A program made the translations under genes and the position numbers. Shown piece after piece: positions 27,303 to 38,319 of a DNA stretch of 55,246 nt (position 1 is the first letter of the stretch; every line of letters begins with the position of its first letter). The DNA is from a virus. Lineage: Duplodnaviria; Caudoviricetes. The stretch covers positions 1 through 55,246 of IMG/VR virus record IMGVR_UViG_3300032074_000004. One strand, written 5' to 3'. The notes under the pieces were generated by a model, which saw nothing but the letters and a program-made list of their open reading frames with translations, was not told where the DNA came from and searched no databases.

Positions 27303-30300
27303 GTAGTATCGACGAGCGCGTCGTTGAAATGAAGTTCAACAACGAGAAGTTCCAGTCTGGCGTTCAGTCAACTCTGAGCGCCCTGGACAAGCTTAAGAGT
27401 GGACTTAATCTCGACGGCGCTAAGAAGAGTCTTGACGGCGTACAGTCATCTGCTGACCGCTTCAACCTTTCGCGCATCGCCGACGGCGTCGACAACATCA
27501 GCTCGAAGTTCACAGCTCTTGGCGTCATTGGCGTTACCGCTCTTGCGAATATCGCCAACCGCGCAATCAATGCGGGAACCACCCTTATCAAGTCGCTTAC
27601 GGTCGACCCGATCAAGGCCGGTCTAGATGAGTACAACACTCAGCTGACCTCGGTTCAGACGATTCTGGCCAACACTGCTGCTTCCGGCGCAACGCTCAAG
27701 GACGTTAACTCGACGCTTAACGACCTGAACACCTACGCGGACAAGACGATCTACAACTTCTCCGAGATGACTCGGAACATCGGTACCTTCACGGCCGCCG
27801 GTGTGGATCTGAAGACCTCGCAGGAGTCGATCAAGGGTATCGCGAACCTCGCGGCACTCTCGGGATCGAACGCGCAGCAGGCGTCGACGGCTATGTACCA
27901 GCTCTCGCAGGCCATTTCCTCCGGGAAGGTCGGTCTTCAGGACTGGAACTCGGTCGTCAACGCGGGCATGGGTGGTACGGTCTTCCAGCGAGCCCTGGCC
28001 CAGACGGCCGTGGCAATGGACAAGCTTCCGGCCAGTGCGCTGAAGCTTTCCGGCGCGATGAAGAACGTCAAGATCAACGGAGAGTCGTTCCGAGAGTCTA
28101 TTTCCGCTAAGGGCGGCAAGGGCTCCTGGCTTACCTCCGACGTCCTGACCAACACCCTGAAGATCCTCTCCAACGACCTGAGTGCTGCTCAGATCAAGGC
28201 GATGGGCTTCACCCAGGCACAGGCCGTAGCGATGAAGGGCCAGGCCGAGCTTGCCATGCAGGCGGCCACGGTTGTTAAGACTCTTCCGGATCTTATCGGC
28301 ACCGTCAAGGAGTCGGTTGGTTCTGGCTGGACGACTACCTGGCAGCTCATTTTCGGTGACTTCAGCCAGGCCAAGACTCTCTGGACCGGCGTCTACAAGA
28401 CGCTGAACACTCTGGTGAGCGCTTCGGCTAATGCGCGTAATGCGATGCTGAAGGACTGGCAGGATAACGGCGGTCGCACTGCGGCCATCGACGCTCTCGG
28501 TACTGCATTCAAGGTGCTGATGGCGATCCTGGCTCCGATCAAGAAGGCCTTCCGGGAGATCTTCCCGGCGACCACTGGCAAACAGCTTGCGGATATCACT
28601 AAGGGTATCGACACCTTCGTCAAGACCCTGATGCCTGGCAAGATTGTCACGCAGGAGCTCCACGACACGTTCAAGGGACTCTTCGCTCTGCTGGATATCG
28701 GCTGGCAGGTCCTCAAGGGCGTCATTGGCGTCTTCGTCGATCTGATCAAGCAGGTCGGTGGCGGTGGTGGAGAGTTCCTCGATATTACTTCGACCATTGG
28801 CAAGTTCCTGGTCAAGCTCGATGAGGCCGTCAAGAGCGGCACTGGGCTTACGACCTTCTTCCATGGGCTTAGTGCTGTTCTGTCCGTTCCTGTCGCGCTG
28901 ATCCGGGGGCTTGTTAGCTACCTTGCTCAGCTCGCTGTGAATATGGACGACGCCACGAGTGGTGGTACTAGCTTCCTGGGCACCATGAAGGACGCCCTTA
29001 GCCAGATCACTCCTCTGAATATCGCCATCGTGGTCATCACCGCCGTGTGGAAGCGCATGGGCGATGCGGTCCAGAAACTCTGGAGCTTCTTCGAGCCTAT
29101 GGCGCAGGCCATGGGTGACATGCTCAAGGGTCTTGGGGACGCGATCTCGAGCGCCTTCGCGAATATGGACTACAGCGCAGTTCTGGACACGATCAACACT
29201 GGTCTGTTCGCTGCGCTTATCCTGATGGTGAAGAAGTTCCTGAGCAAGCCGGTTAAGCTGCCTGGTGGAGGTTTCCTCGACTCGATCAAGGGGATCTTCG
29301 ACGGCATCACTGGCACGTTCGAGGCGATGCAGCAGAACCTGAAGGCTAACGTCCTTCTGAAGATTGCTGGCGCGCTTGCGATCATGACGGCTGCTGTTGT
29401 GGCCCTCTCGATGATTGACTCGGCACGGCTCACGGCGGCCCTCGCGGCTATGACCACCATGTTCATCCAGCTGGGTGCATCCATGGCGGTCTTCGGTAAG
29501 ATATCGGTTCCTGGTCTCGCCAAGATGCCGATCCTCACCTCGTCGATGATCCTTCTCGCCATCGCGATCGATATTCTGGCTAACGCGGTTACCAAGCTGT
29601 CGAAGCTGGACTGGGAGGGTCTGTCTAAGGGCCTTCTCGGCGTGGGCGTCCTCATGGGCGAAATGGCTGGCGCGGTCAAGCTGATGGGCGACCCCAAGTC
29701 GCTTATTGGTGCGGGGCTGGGCATGCTGGCTATCGCTGGTGCTATCAATATTCTGGCCACGGCCGTCGGGACACTTGGCTCGATGGACCTCGGAACCATG
29801 ACTCAGGGCCTCATCGGCGTTGCCGGTGGGCTTGCCATCATGGTAGGGGCAATGGCTCTGCTTAACCTTATGGGTCCCGGCATCATCATCGGTGCCGGAG
29901 CCTTGGTTATTGCGTCTGCAGCCATGGTCGTTCTGGCCCAGGCGATGCAGGCGTTCGGCGGTATGTCGTGGGCGGAGATCGGTCAGGGCCTTACGGTCAT
30001 GGCTGGCTCGCTTGCGATCCTCGCTGGCGCGCTATATCTGATGACCGGCGCCCTTCCGGGGGCTGCTGCTCTGATCATCGCTGCTGGCGCTCTTATGATG
30101 CTGGCTCCGGCCATGGTCATGCTCGGTGGTATGGAGTGGGCGAATATCGGTCAGGGCCTTGTGGTTCTGGGCGGAGCGCTCGTTCTCCTTGCCGGTGGAC
30201 TATATCTGATGTCGGCGGCCCTTCCTGGGGCTGCTGCTTTGGTCGTGGCCTCCGGTGCTCTGCTGATGCTGGCTCCAGCTATGGCGGCTTTCGGCGCAAT

Positions 30301-33043
30301 GGACTGGGGAACGATTCTTCAGGGGCTTGTCGCCCTCGGCGGATCGCTTCTTATTCTTGCTGTCGGCCTTACGGCGATGATCGTGGCTCTTCCGGGAGCA
30401 CTCGCGCTCACCGTTGCCGCTGGTGCTCTGGCAGTCTTCGTTCCGCTCCTCGCGATCCTCGGCACTATGTCGTGGGCCACGATCGGAACTGGACTGGGGG
30501 CCCTTGCCGCGTCCTTCACGGTGCTCGGCATTGCAGGCGCATTGATGACTCCGGTTATTCCGACTCTGCTCGGACTCGCCGGAGCTATCGCGCTCCTTGG
30601 CGTTGGTGTCGCTCTTGCAGGTGCTGGGGTTCTTGCGTTCTCCGCGGGCATGACTGCTCTCGGTGTGGCTGGAGCTGCTGGTGCTGCCGGGCTCACCGCC
30701 GCGTTCTCCGCCATCATCGGTCTTATTCCGGCGTTCATCACGTCCATCGGAACCGGGATCGTTGCGGCGGCTAACGTCATCGCTAAGGGTGCTCCGGCGA
30801 TTGTGAATGCTCTGGTCGCGATCCTCAAGTCGCTGATCGGTGCAATTACGACGCTTGCGCCTCAGATCATCAATATGATCGTCACGCTGGTTACGAAGCT
30901 CGTCAGTATCCTCGCGGCAAACGTTCCGACGTTCGTCTCAAAGGGTATGGCGCTCATCACGGGTATCCTGAACGGCATCGCTAGCAAGGCGGGAGCACTG
31001 GTTACGGCCGGTGTCAACGTCGTTGTTAACGTGCTTAACGGTATCGCCAGAAATGTTGGCCGGATGGCTGGGGCGGCAACTAACGTTGTCATCGCATTCA
31101 TCAATGCAGTCGGTAGCAATGCCGGTCGCATCGCCGACGCTGGTATGACGATGATCGTCAACTTCGTAAATAGCCTTGCTGGTAGCATCCGCTCTCACAC
31201 GGCGCAGATGCGTTCCGCTGGTCTGAACCTCGCGACTGCCATCATCGATGGTATGACCGGCGGTATCGCTGGCGGTATCGGTCAGGTCATCAGCGCGGCT
31301 AAGAATATGGCCCAGAATGCTCTGGATGCCGCTAAGAACCTTCTTGGGATTCACTCACCTTCGAGGGAGTTCTACAAGGTTGGTGACTTCATCAACCAGG
31401 GTCTGGCGAACGGTATTACCGGTACGCACGATCAGGTGGTTAGCGCTATTCAGACTCTGCAGGACGACCTTAAGAGTCTGGTCGACTCCTCCGCGCAGGA
31501 TATCCAGTCCTACCAGGACAAGATCGCCAGCATGAAGGACAAGATCACCAAGGATGGCGACGCCATCGCTAAGCAGCAGGCCGCGGTTAACAAGGCAAAG
31601 GCCGACCTTAAGGCCGGTACCGCCGTTGACCAGGACACTGTCAAGCTCCAGCAGCTCAACGCTACTCTGGCTAAGCAGCAGGCAGCCGTCAAGAAGTACC
31701 AGGCAGCTTCAACTGCCAGTTACAAGAAGGACGGCACGGCGAAGCGGGCTCAGGCTCGACTCGACCTCGCCTCGGCTAAGGCTAGTGTGGCTGCGACTCA
31801 GCAGACGATCAAGCAGACCAACGCTAAGAAGAAGGCCGACCTGGCCGATCGGAAGAGCCAGAAGTCTGTGAAGGACGCTCAGCACCAGCTTGACCTGCTT
31901 AAGGCGGCTCGCACTAAGGACAACGCGACTCTCGCCGATTACCAGGCAGCACTCAAGGCTGCACAGGATGAGAACAAGAAGGGTACGGCTGCCACCAACG
32001 AGCTCAATGCTCAGTTGGCCCAGCAGCAGGCCCATCTCGAGGATCTCGCTAATCAAAATGACACTCTTACGGAGTCGATTAAGAATCAGCAGAAGGTCCT
32101 TGACGACGCGACCAAGGTTCGGGATGACTACAATCAGACCATTACCGATCAGTACGACGCTCTGGATCGAATCAACACCGATACAGTGCTCACGGACTAT
32201 GAGGCGAACCTTCAGAAGCAGATTGACGACACCAAGTCGTTCGCTGCGCAGCTCGCGGAGCTTCGTGCAAGGGGTCTTAACGACACCCTGTACAAGAAGT
32301 TCCTCAGCGAGGGCACGGCGGATATTCCGTTCCTCGAGCAATTGCTCGATAGCGGTAAGGCTGGCGTCGACACGCTCAACGGGCTGACTGATCAGCTCGC
32401 TAGCACTGCTGGGTCGCTCGGACAGGCCGCATCTACCTCGCTGTACCAGGCAGCTGTTGACTCCGCCGCAGGCCTCCTCAAGGGTCTGCAGGATCAGCAG
32501 GCTGCCATCGAGGCGCAGATGGAGACGATTGCTACTGCGATGGTGAATTCCATCAAGAAGCAGCTCGGTATCCACTCTCCGTCTCGAGAGTTCGCGAAGG
32601 TGGGCGACTACTCTGCTCAGGGCCTCGTTGAGGGGCTCAAGCAGTCGTCCGATGTGGTTAACAAGGCGGCGGAGGGCGTCGGTAACACGGCACTCACCTC
32701 GCTCAAGAGGTCTATGGCGGGGATCGCAGATGTGGTCTCGGCAAATATGGAACTCAACCCCACCATCACACCTGTGCTCGACCTCTCGGCAATCCAAAGT
32801 GGCGCTGCGGGGCTCGGCAATATGCTGGGCGCTCAGACTATTGCGGTCAACGGGACGTACGCAAGTGCTACCGCTGCGGCGAACGGATATGGCTCCAACC
32901 AGGAGGCGATCCTTGCTGCTAAGTCCGAGGTTGCGGGTGGCAACACCATCTACAACCAGTACAACAACTCGCCGAAGGCACTCACTTCGGCAGAGATCTA
33001 TCGTCAGACGAAGAACCAACTGTCAGTCACGAAGGGAGGCTGA
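27299..33043 (+). CDS. Tape measure protein
   Basis: ~1900 aa, Ala/Gly-rich helical repeats, tape-measure N-domain (YADKTIY...QLSQA), two LGIHSPSREF motifs. Confidence 0.95.
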   Translation: MSSIDERVVEMKFNNEKFQSGVQSTLSALDKLKSGLNLDGAKKSLDGVQSSADRFNLSRIADGVDNISSKFTALGVIGVTALANIANRAINAGTTLIKSLTVDPIKAGLDEYNTQLTSVQTILANTAASGATLKDVNSTLNDLNTYADKTIYNFSEMTRNIGTFTAAGVDLKTSQESIKGIANLAALSGSNAQQASTAMYQLSQAISSGKVGLQDWNSVVNAGMGGTVFQRALAQTAVAMDKLPASALKLSGAMKNVKINGESFRESISAKGGKGSWLTSDVLTNTLKILSNDLSAAQIKAMGFTQAQAVAMKGQAELAMQAATVVKTLPDLIGTVKESVGSGWTTTWQLIFGDFSQAKTLWTGVYKTLNTLVSASANARNAMLKDWQDNGGRTAAIDALGTAFKVLMAILAPIKKAFREIFPATTGKQLADITKGIDTFVKTLMPGKIVTQELHDTFKGLFALLDIGWQVLKGVIGVFVDLIKQVGGGGGEFLDITSTIGKFLVKLDEAVKSGTGLTTFFHGLSAVLSVPVALIRGLVSYLAQLAVNMDDATSGGTSFLGTMKDALSQITPLNIAIVVITAVWKRMGDAVQKLWSFFEPMAQAMGDMLKGLGDAISSAFANMDYSAVLDTINTGLFAALILMVKKFLSKPVKLPGGGFLDSIKGIFDGITGTFEAMQQNLKANVLLKIAGALAIMTAAVVALSMIDSARLTAALAAMTTMFIQLGASMAVFGKISVPGLAKMPILTSSMILLAIAIDILANAVTKLSKLDWEGLSKGLLGVGVLMGEMAGAVKLMGDPKSLIGAGLGMLAIAGAINILATAVGTLGSMDLGTMTQGLIGVAGGLAIMVGAMALLNLMGPGIIIGAGALVIASAAMVVLAQAMQAFGGMSWAEIGQGLTVMAGSLAILAGALYLMTGALPGAAALIIAAGALMMLAPAMVMLGGMEWANIGQGLVVLGGALVLLAGGLYLMSAALPGAAALVVASGALLMLAPAMAAFGAMDWGTILQGLVALGGSLLILAVGLTAMIVALPGALALTVAAGALAVFVPLLAILGTMSWATIGTGLGALAASFTVLGIAGALMTPVIPTLLGLAGAIALLGVGVALAGAGVLAFSAGMTALGVAGAAGAAGLTAAFSAIIGLIPAFITSIGTGIVAAANVIAKGAPAIVNALVAILKSLIGAITTLAPQIINMIVTLVTKLVSILAANVPTFVSKGMALITGILNGIASKAGALVTAGVNVVVNVLNGIARNVGRMAGAATNVVIAFINAVGSNAGRIADAGMTMIVNFVNSLAGSIRSHTAQMRSAGLNLATAIIDGMTGGIAGGIGQVISAAKNMAQNALDAAKNLLGIHSPSREFYKVGDFINQGLANGITGTHDQVVSAIQTLQDDLKSLVDSSAQDIQSYQDKIASMKDKITKDGDAIAKQQAAVNKAKADLKAGTAVDQDTVKLQQLNATLAKQQAAVKKYQAASTASYKKDGTAKRAQARLDLASAKASVAATQQTIKQTNAKKKADLADRKSQKSVKDAQHQLDLLKAARTKDNATLADYQAALKAAQDENKKGTAATNELNAQLAQQQAHLEDLANQNDTLTESIKNQQKVLDDATKVRDDYNQTITDQYDALDRINTDTVLTDYEANLQKQIDDTKSFAAQLAELRARGLNDTLYKKFLSEGTADIPFLEQLLDSGKAGVDTLNGLTDQLASTAGSLGQAASTSLYQAAVDSAAGLLKGLQDQQAAIEAQMETIATAMVNSIKKQLGIHSPSREFAKVGDYSAQGLVEGLKQSSDVVNKAAEGVGNTALTSLKRSMAGIADVVSANMELNPTITPVLDLSAIQSGAAGLGNMLGAQTIAVNGTYASATAAANGYGSNQEAILAAKSEVAGGNTIYNQYNNSPKALTSAEIYRQTKNQLSVTKGG

Positions 33044-33047
33044 GTAA

Positions 33048-33869
33048 ATGCTTACCAGCGTTGATGTCCGTTCCGATCACGGCGGGCTGCTCAACCTCCC
33101 CCTGGAAGAGGTAACCGAAGGGTTCATCATCCAGGAGATCACCGGCCTAGACCCAGTGAAGGCGAATATCGTCTCTTCTAGTTTCGCAAGAATGGATGGC
33201 GAGCAATACCAAGCTAGCCGTCGAGAGAAGAGAAATATCGTCATTACACTGGGTCTAGAGCCGGACTGGTCTATGTCTACAGTTCGTCAGTTGCGAAAGC
33301 GGCTGTACGACTTCTTCATGCCGAAGTCGGGGGTTAACCTCACCTTCAACATGGATGACGACGACTCGGTGAATATCGACGGGAAGATCGAGTCTTTTGA
33401 CGCGCCTCTTTTCGCCAAGGAGCCGACGGCGACGATCTCAATCCTGTGCTTGGACCCTGATTTCTACGAGGAATCGTCCATCACAGTTAACGGCAACAGC
33501 GTGAGCGATCTGTCAACTCAGACAATCACGTATGACGGAACAGTCGAGACGGGGATACTCTTCCGCCTGCTTGTCAACGCGACGATTAGTAGCTTCTCGG
33601 TTATTAACACGCCGCCTGATGGAGTTGTTCGGAAGATGGACTTCTCGGCCACTCTTAACTCCGGCGATGTCTTGGAATTCTCCAGCGTCGCCGGGGCTAA
33701 GAGGGTCACTCTGATCCGTAACGGGAGCTCTAGCTCTCTGCTCTACGCCCTCTCACCATATTCTGACTGGATCAACCTCTTTCCGGGGGACAACCAGTTC
33801 CGAGTCTCGGTGTCGGGGGTGACAATTCCTTTCACCGTGCAGTACACGAATAAGTATGGGGGGCTCTGA
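33048..33869 (+). CDS. Distal tail protein (Dit)
   Basis: Follows TMP; RNIVITL, ILCLDP, LFPGDN. Confidence 0.8.
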   Translation: MLTSVDVRSDHGGLLNLPLEEVTEGFIIQEITGLDPVKANIVSSSFARMDGEQYQASRREKRNIVITLGLEPDWSMSTVRQLRKRLYDFFMPKSGVNLTFNMDDDDSVNIDGKIESFDAPLFAKEPTATISILCLDPDFYEESSITVNGNSVSDLSTQTITYDGTVETGILFRLLVNATISSFSVINTPPDGVVRKMDFSATLNSGDVLEFSSVAGAKRVTLIRNGSSSSLLYALSPYSDWINLFPGDNQFRVSVSGVTIPFTVQYTNKYGGL

Positions 33870-35041
33870 TGGAACTTTACACTCTTGACAGCCTCCTGCG
33901 TCGTACGGAGGTCATCGACCGGTTCGAATCTCTCATTTGGACCGAGCGGTACTCCAAGCCGGGAGACTTCCAGCTGGATATCCTCGCGGATAACAGCACT
34001 CGGAGTCTTCTTCAGCAGGGCACTAGGCTTGCGCTGAGTGACTCATATCGTGTCATGACGGTGGAAGAAATCGAGGACAAGGACGACTCTGAGGGGCGGT
34101 CTCTTCTTACAGTGAAGGGGCCGTCTCTCGAGTCCGTTCTCGATGACCGAACCACTCGCGGTGCTGGACCAGGTCTCGGTGACGGTGGTAAGTGGACCCT
34201 CACCAACCAGACGCCTGTTGGGATCATCAACACGATCTTCAACTCGATCTGCGTCGGCAACACGAATATCCCAGCGGACAACATTCCGTACTACACGTCC
34301 GGTAGCCTTTATCCTGCTGACACTATCGCCGCGCCTACGACGGTCTTTGCGACGTACGACGTCCCAACGGACTCGCTGCTCAACCTATTTTCGGCTATCT
34401 CGGACAACTACGGTATCGGCTTCCGTCTATATCGCAGCCTTGACACGTCGAAACTGTACTTCAACGTGTACACAGGCAGTGACCGTACGTCTAAGCAGAC
34501 GAACCTCCCGCCGGTTATTTTCAGCTCGGATCTCGACACGCTTGACGAGGTCTCCGTGCTCACGACCGCGGCTGGCGCAAAGAACACGGCGTACGTGTAT
34601 CACCCGAGCGCATCGGTTGTGGTCTACGCATCGGGATATGAGAACGTCACCGGCCTAGATCGGCGAGTTCTCAAGGTTGACGCCAGCGACATCACTGGTC
34701 TGACCGGGACCGCCCTTACTGATGCCCTTACCCAGCGTGGCAAGGACGAGCTCTCCAAATACCGAACCGTTCGAGCGATCGATGGTAAGGCGCCCGAGAC
34801 GACTCTGTTCAAATATGGTGTCGACTACAACCTTGGCGACCTCGTTGAGATGCGTAACGACGATGGCGTGGCCAGCTTCATGACCGTCACCGAGCATATC
34901 TATGTCTCAGACGGTGAAGGCGAGCGTTCTTACCCGACTCTGGCAGAGAACCTGTTCATCATCCAGGGCTCGTGGAACGCGTACGACATCGGCAAGACAT
35001 GGGACAACGTGGACGCCACGCTCACCTGGAACACTGTTTAA
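33869..35041 (+). CDS. Minor tail / baseplate hub protein
   Basis: FESLIWTERY..GDF, YGVDYNLGDLV. Confidence 0.8.
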   Translation: MELYTLDSLLRRTEVIDRFESLIWTERYSKPGDFQLDILADNSTRSLLQQGTRLALSDSYRVMTVEEIEDKDDSEGRSLLTVKGPSLESVLDDRTTRGAGPGLGDGGKWTLTNQTPVGIINTIFNSICVGNTNIPADNIPYYTSGSLYPADTIAAPTTVFATYDVPTDSLLNLFSAISDNYGIGFRLYRSLDTSKLYFNVYTGSDRTSKQTNLPPVIFSSDLDTLDEVSVLTTAAGAKNTAYVYHPSASVVVYASGYENVTGLDRRVLKVDASDITGLTGTALTDALTQRGKDELSKYRTVRAIDGKAPETTLFKYGVDYNLGDLVEMRNDDGVASFMTVTEHIYVSDGEGERSYPTLAENLFIIQGSWNAYDIGKTWDNVDATLTWNTV

Positions 35042-35053
35042 GAAGGAGGATAA

Positions 35054-35281
35054 ATGGCTACAGGAGACGACGCCAAAGCAGCCGGATATTCACTTGTCTC
35101 GGGTGGCGACAGCATGCGCAACGGTGACGACGAGATCAACAAGACTCGTGACTACGTCGCGCAGGTCAAGGCGCTTATTCCGACGAGCAAGTCCGGCTAC
35201 CGTACGGCAGCAGGCATCACATCCGGCACCGCTGCTCCTACGGGTGGCGCTGACGGCGACATCTACTTCCAGATCCTGTAG
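35054..35281 (+). CDS. Small minor tail protein
   Basis: SGTAAPTGGADGDIYFQ motif; RBS AAGGAGG. Confidence 0.7.
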   Translation: MATGDDAKAAGYSLVSGGDSMRNGDDEINKTRDYVAQVKALIPTSKSGYRTAAGITSGTAAPTGGADGDIYFQIL

Positions 35282-35295
35282 ACGAGGGGGTGTGA

Positions 35296-36675
35296 ATGTC
35301 TACTGAGCGCATTTCGTGGACGTCAAGCGCCCCGTCCACCGAGTTCATTCTGTATTGTGACCGTATTGGCCAGAGCGTATCTGGTAACTACACCACAATC
35401 CGAATCATCATCAAGGCCTATAACCGCGGTAGCACGAGTTCCTGGGATGGAGCTGGTGGTTACCACCACGGTTGGCCGGATGGTTATTCGCAGGTAACGC
35501 ACGACACGAGTAGTAACTTCCTTCCGTCTGGATATTCCACTGGAGAGCTTCGGTGGTCTGTCCAGAAGGACTACAACATCCCGCATAACTCGGATGGTAC
35601 TCGTGGACCGCTAAACCTCAACCAGCATGTCAACTTCGACGGCCAGGATAGCGACAAGAACTACTCGTTCAACGACTTCCCGGATATCGACCTGACGACG
35701 GCGCCCGCTGCACCAACGGCCCTGGCCATGTCACAGATCACCGACAACTCGATGCTCTTCGATATGAACCAGAACGACACGGGCGGTCTCTCGATCACCA
35801 ATGCCGAGGTTCGTTGGGGTACGGACGCCAATGCGGTTGGGGCATCCACCAAGACTGGCTTGCCGAGCTACTACCAGTTCCCAATCACGGGACTGGCTCG
35901 CTACACCACGTACTATTTCTGGGGTCGTATCTACAACTCCAAGGGATGGAGCCCGTGGTCTAACCGAGTCTCGGCAAGGACGTTGGCCGATCAACCGGGT
36001 GCACCATCACCCATCGCTCTTGATAGCGCAACGCAGTCATCCTTGAGATATCGGTTCTCCGATCCTACGGACGATGGCGGCGCGCCTATCGATGACCGAC
36101 AGATCGGATATGGGACCGACCCAAACACTGTACAGACGACCGTATCGTCTAACGGTGACTCAACAATTACGGGGCTCTCCAGATACACAACCTACTATTT
36201 CTGGTCGCGTGTTCACACGGCCTGGGGTTGGAGTAACTGGTCCGCTAGATCTCAGGCAGCTACGCTTGCGTATGTGCCAGGGGCCCCTACTCCGGCCGCA
36301 CTTGACACCGTCACGATGATATCTGTGCACTACAAGTTCACGGATGCAACGGACAATGGTGGAGCGGCGGTCGACTCGCGTCAAATTGGGTATGGAACTG
36401 ATCCTAACAACGTTCAGACAACCATATCCTCCGATGGAGACGACACAATCAGTGGTCTTTCTCCAGGCACCACGTACTACTTCTGGTCAAGAACTCACAA
36501 CGTACAAGGTTGGAGTAACTGGTCGAGCAGTATGAGCGCCCACACCTATGCTGGCGCACGCGTTCGCGTTGCTGGCGTTCAAAGGGAAGCTATTCCATGG
36601 GTCAGAGTCGCTGGCGTATGGAAGAAAGCACAGCCCTGGGTGAACACGGCGGCTGTCTGGAAGAAGACCGGGTGA
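35296..36675 (+). CDS. Minor tail protein with three fibronectin type III repeats
   Basis: Three P.AP...GG..I...ITGL..TTYYFW.R..N..GWS.WS units. Confidence 0.85.
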   Translation: MSTERISWTSSAPSTEFILYCDRIGQSVSGNYTTIRIIIKAYNRGSTSSWDGAGGYHHGWPDGYSQVTHDTSSNFLPSGYSTGELRWSVQKDYNIPHNSDGTRGPLNLNQHVNFDGQDSDKNYSFNDFPDIDLTTAPAAPTALAMSQITDNSMLFDMNQNDTGGLSITNAEVRWGTDANAVGASTKTGLPSYYQFPITGLARYTTYYFWGRIYNSKGWSPWSNRVSARTLADQPGAPSPIALDSATQSSLRYRFSDPTDDGGAPIDDRQIGYGTDPNTVQTTVSSNGDSTITGLSRYTTYYFWSRVHTAWGWSNWSARSQAATLAYVPGAPTPAALDTVTMISVHYKFTDATDNGGAAVDSRQIGYGTDPNNVQTTISSDGDDTISGLSPGTTYYFWSRTHNVQGWSNWSSSMSAHTYAGARVRVAGVQREAIPWVRVAGVWKKAQPWVNTAAVWKKTG

Positions 36676-36693
36676 GTAAAGAGGGCAGGAAAA

Positions 36694-37155
36694 ATGAGTA
36701 AGTGGAAAGTGAGCTTCGCGTCTCGCTTGGAACTGTGGGATGCCAAAACGCGAATTCCGTTCATCCATGGGATGTTCATGAGGATTGCAGAACCTCGAGT
36801 CATTCGACTTCTGCATTTCCTGGTGTATCTCTGCATGCTGGTTACGGGGGTTGCGATTGTATTTCAGCCTCCACACCATCTGCAGTCCGTCCTTGGACTG
36901 ACGCTCCTTTATGTGTTCGCAGGATTTGTGGTCATAGGGGCGTTGTTCTCGGCGGTTGCTGTTCTCCCTGGAATATGGTGGCTAGAGAGAGTCGGCATCA
37001 TCATGCTTACCACTAGCATGAGTATGTACGTCGTAGTCATCCTTGCGCTCGGCACCTCGGTTGTCGCGGTAGCGGTAGCCCTGGCGTTAACGATCACATT
37101 CGCACAACGCTGGGTCGAGATTAGGGGAGCGCAGTTAGCACCGAGAGAGGTCTAA
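36694..37155 (+). CDS. Multi-pass membrane protein (lysis region)
   Basis: Four hydrophobic segments; start uncertain. Confidence 0.65.
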   Translation: MSKWKVSFASRLELWDAKTRIPFIHGMFMRIAEPRVIRLLHFLVYLCMLVTGVAIVFQPPHHLQSVLGLTLLYVFAGFVVIGALFSAVAVLPGIWWLERVGIIMLTTSMSMYVVVILALGTSVVAVAVALALTITFAQRWVEIRGAQLAPREV

Positions 37156-37157
37156 AC

Positions 37158-37463
37158 GTGGACACAGCACAGCTGCTAGTAACTGTTCTGGGGGCCGGTG
37201 GCGGCGGTGCGGCATTACTCGCGTTGATTAACGGTCTGCTTAAGTGGTTGTCGGGGGCGGCAACACGAGAGCGGAACCGCAATAGCGATCTCATATCTCA
37301 ACGTAGAAAGGCGATTGAGGAAAGAGAGGAAGCTGAAAAGGCCCGCGACGAGGCTGATGAGAAGCGTCGTGAAGCCGATGAGTACGCAGCCAAGCTTCGA
37401 CGACAGCTGATCGAAGCCGGACTGGAGCCCGAACCAATCAATCCAGGATCAAGCTACAAATAA
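37158..37463 (+). CDS. Membrane-anchored coiled-coil protein (lysis region)
   Basis: N-terminal TM then charged coiled coil. Confidence 0.7.
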   Translation: MDTAQLLVTVLGAGGGGAALLALINGLLKWLSGAATRERNRNSDLISQRRKAIEEREEAEKARDEADEKRREADEYAAKLRRQLIEAGLEPEPINPGSSYK

Positions 37464-37472
37464 GGAGATAGC

Positions 37473-37835
37473 ATGACCAGTACCACGCCCGTGAAGAAGT
37501 CTCTGCTGACGAACCAGACGTATGACGTTCTCAAGTTCATCGCGCAGATCCTTCTGCCTGCCCTGGGCACCCTTTATTTCGCCGTTGCGGCGATCTGGGG
37601 GCTCCCCAAGCCCGAGCAGGTTATCGGCACGATCACGGCGGTCGACGCCTTCCTCGGAGTGGTCCTCGGTCTGAGCACCTCTTCGTACAACAAGAGCGAC
37701 AACCAGCATGATGGCTCGCTCGTGGTGGACCTTACCAACCCGAATAAGGACACCTACTCCTTGGAGCTCAACACTCCGCTGGAGGACCTGCAGAACAAGA
37801 AGGTAGTATCATTTAAGGTGGCTGGCCCCTTCTGA
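37473..37835 (+). CDS. Holin (Dp-1-like)
   Basis: YDVLKFIAQILLPALGTLY...IWGLP...ITAVDAFLGVVLGLS. Confidence 0.85.
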   Translation: MTSTTPVKKSLLTNQTYDVLKFIAQILLPALGTLYFAVAAIWGLPKPEQVIGTITAVDAFLGVVLGLSTSSYNKSDNQHDGSLVVDLTNPNKDTYSLELNTPLEDLQNKKVVSFKVAGPF

Positions 37836-37894
37836 TGGGGGGTTCGCGATTTTTACACGCCTTATAATGAGAACCCTCTTGAAAGGAGAACCGT

Positions 37895-38179
37895 ATGTTC
37901 ACTAAGGCCAATGCCGAACCCACGCGCCTTGAGAAGGTAATCGACGACACGCTCTCGAAGCTTCAGGAAACCGACCCGACTTCAGACGAGTTTGCCAAGA
38001 TCGTCGATCAGCTCGAAAAGCTTCACAAGATGCTCCCGAAAAAGGAGTCTTGGGCGAAGCCCGACACGCTGATCCCCGTCATTGGTAACCTCGCTGGAAT
38101 CGTTGCGATCCTCAACTTCGAGCGCGCGAACGTGATTACCACCAAGGCACTCGGATTCGTCATGAAGACCCGCGCGTAA
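37895..38179 (+). CDS. Early hypothetical protein
   Basis: Promoter plus RBS GAAAGGAG. Confidence 0.8.
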   Translation: MFTKANAEPTRLEKVIDDTLSKLQETDPTSDEFAKIVDQLEKLHKMLPKKESWAKPDTLIPVIGNLAGIVAILNFERANVITTKALGFVMKTRA

Positions 38180-38205
38180 GTACGGTCGACATCAAGTCGA
38201 TCGAA

Positions 38206-38254
38206 GAGAGAAGGGCCTGTATAGACTAAAAACCTATGCAGGCCCTCTCTTTTT
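38206..38254 (+). terminator. Intrinsic terminator
   Basis: GAGAGAAGGGCCTGTATAG / CTATGCAGGCCCTCTC followed by T-run. Confidence 0.75.
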
Positions 38255-38319
38255 CGGTAGTTTTACAAGGGATTTAAAAAATTGCGCGGGGTCGCGTAGA
38301 ATACATGGGATATAATAGA

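Noticed and set aside
31340-32600. Lys/Ala-rich coiled coil between duplicated LGIHSPSREF motifs in the tape measure gene as an intein or insertion element
   Set aside because: No intein terminal motifs; such segments are ordinary in tape measure proteins
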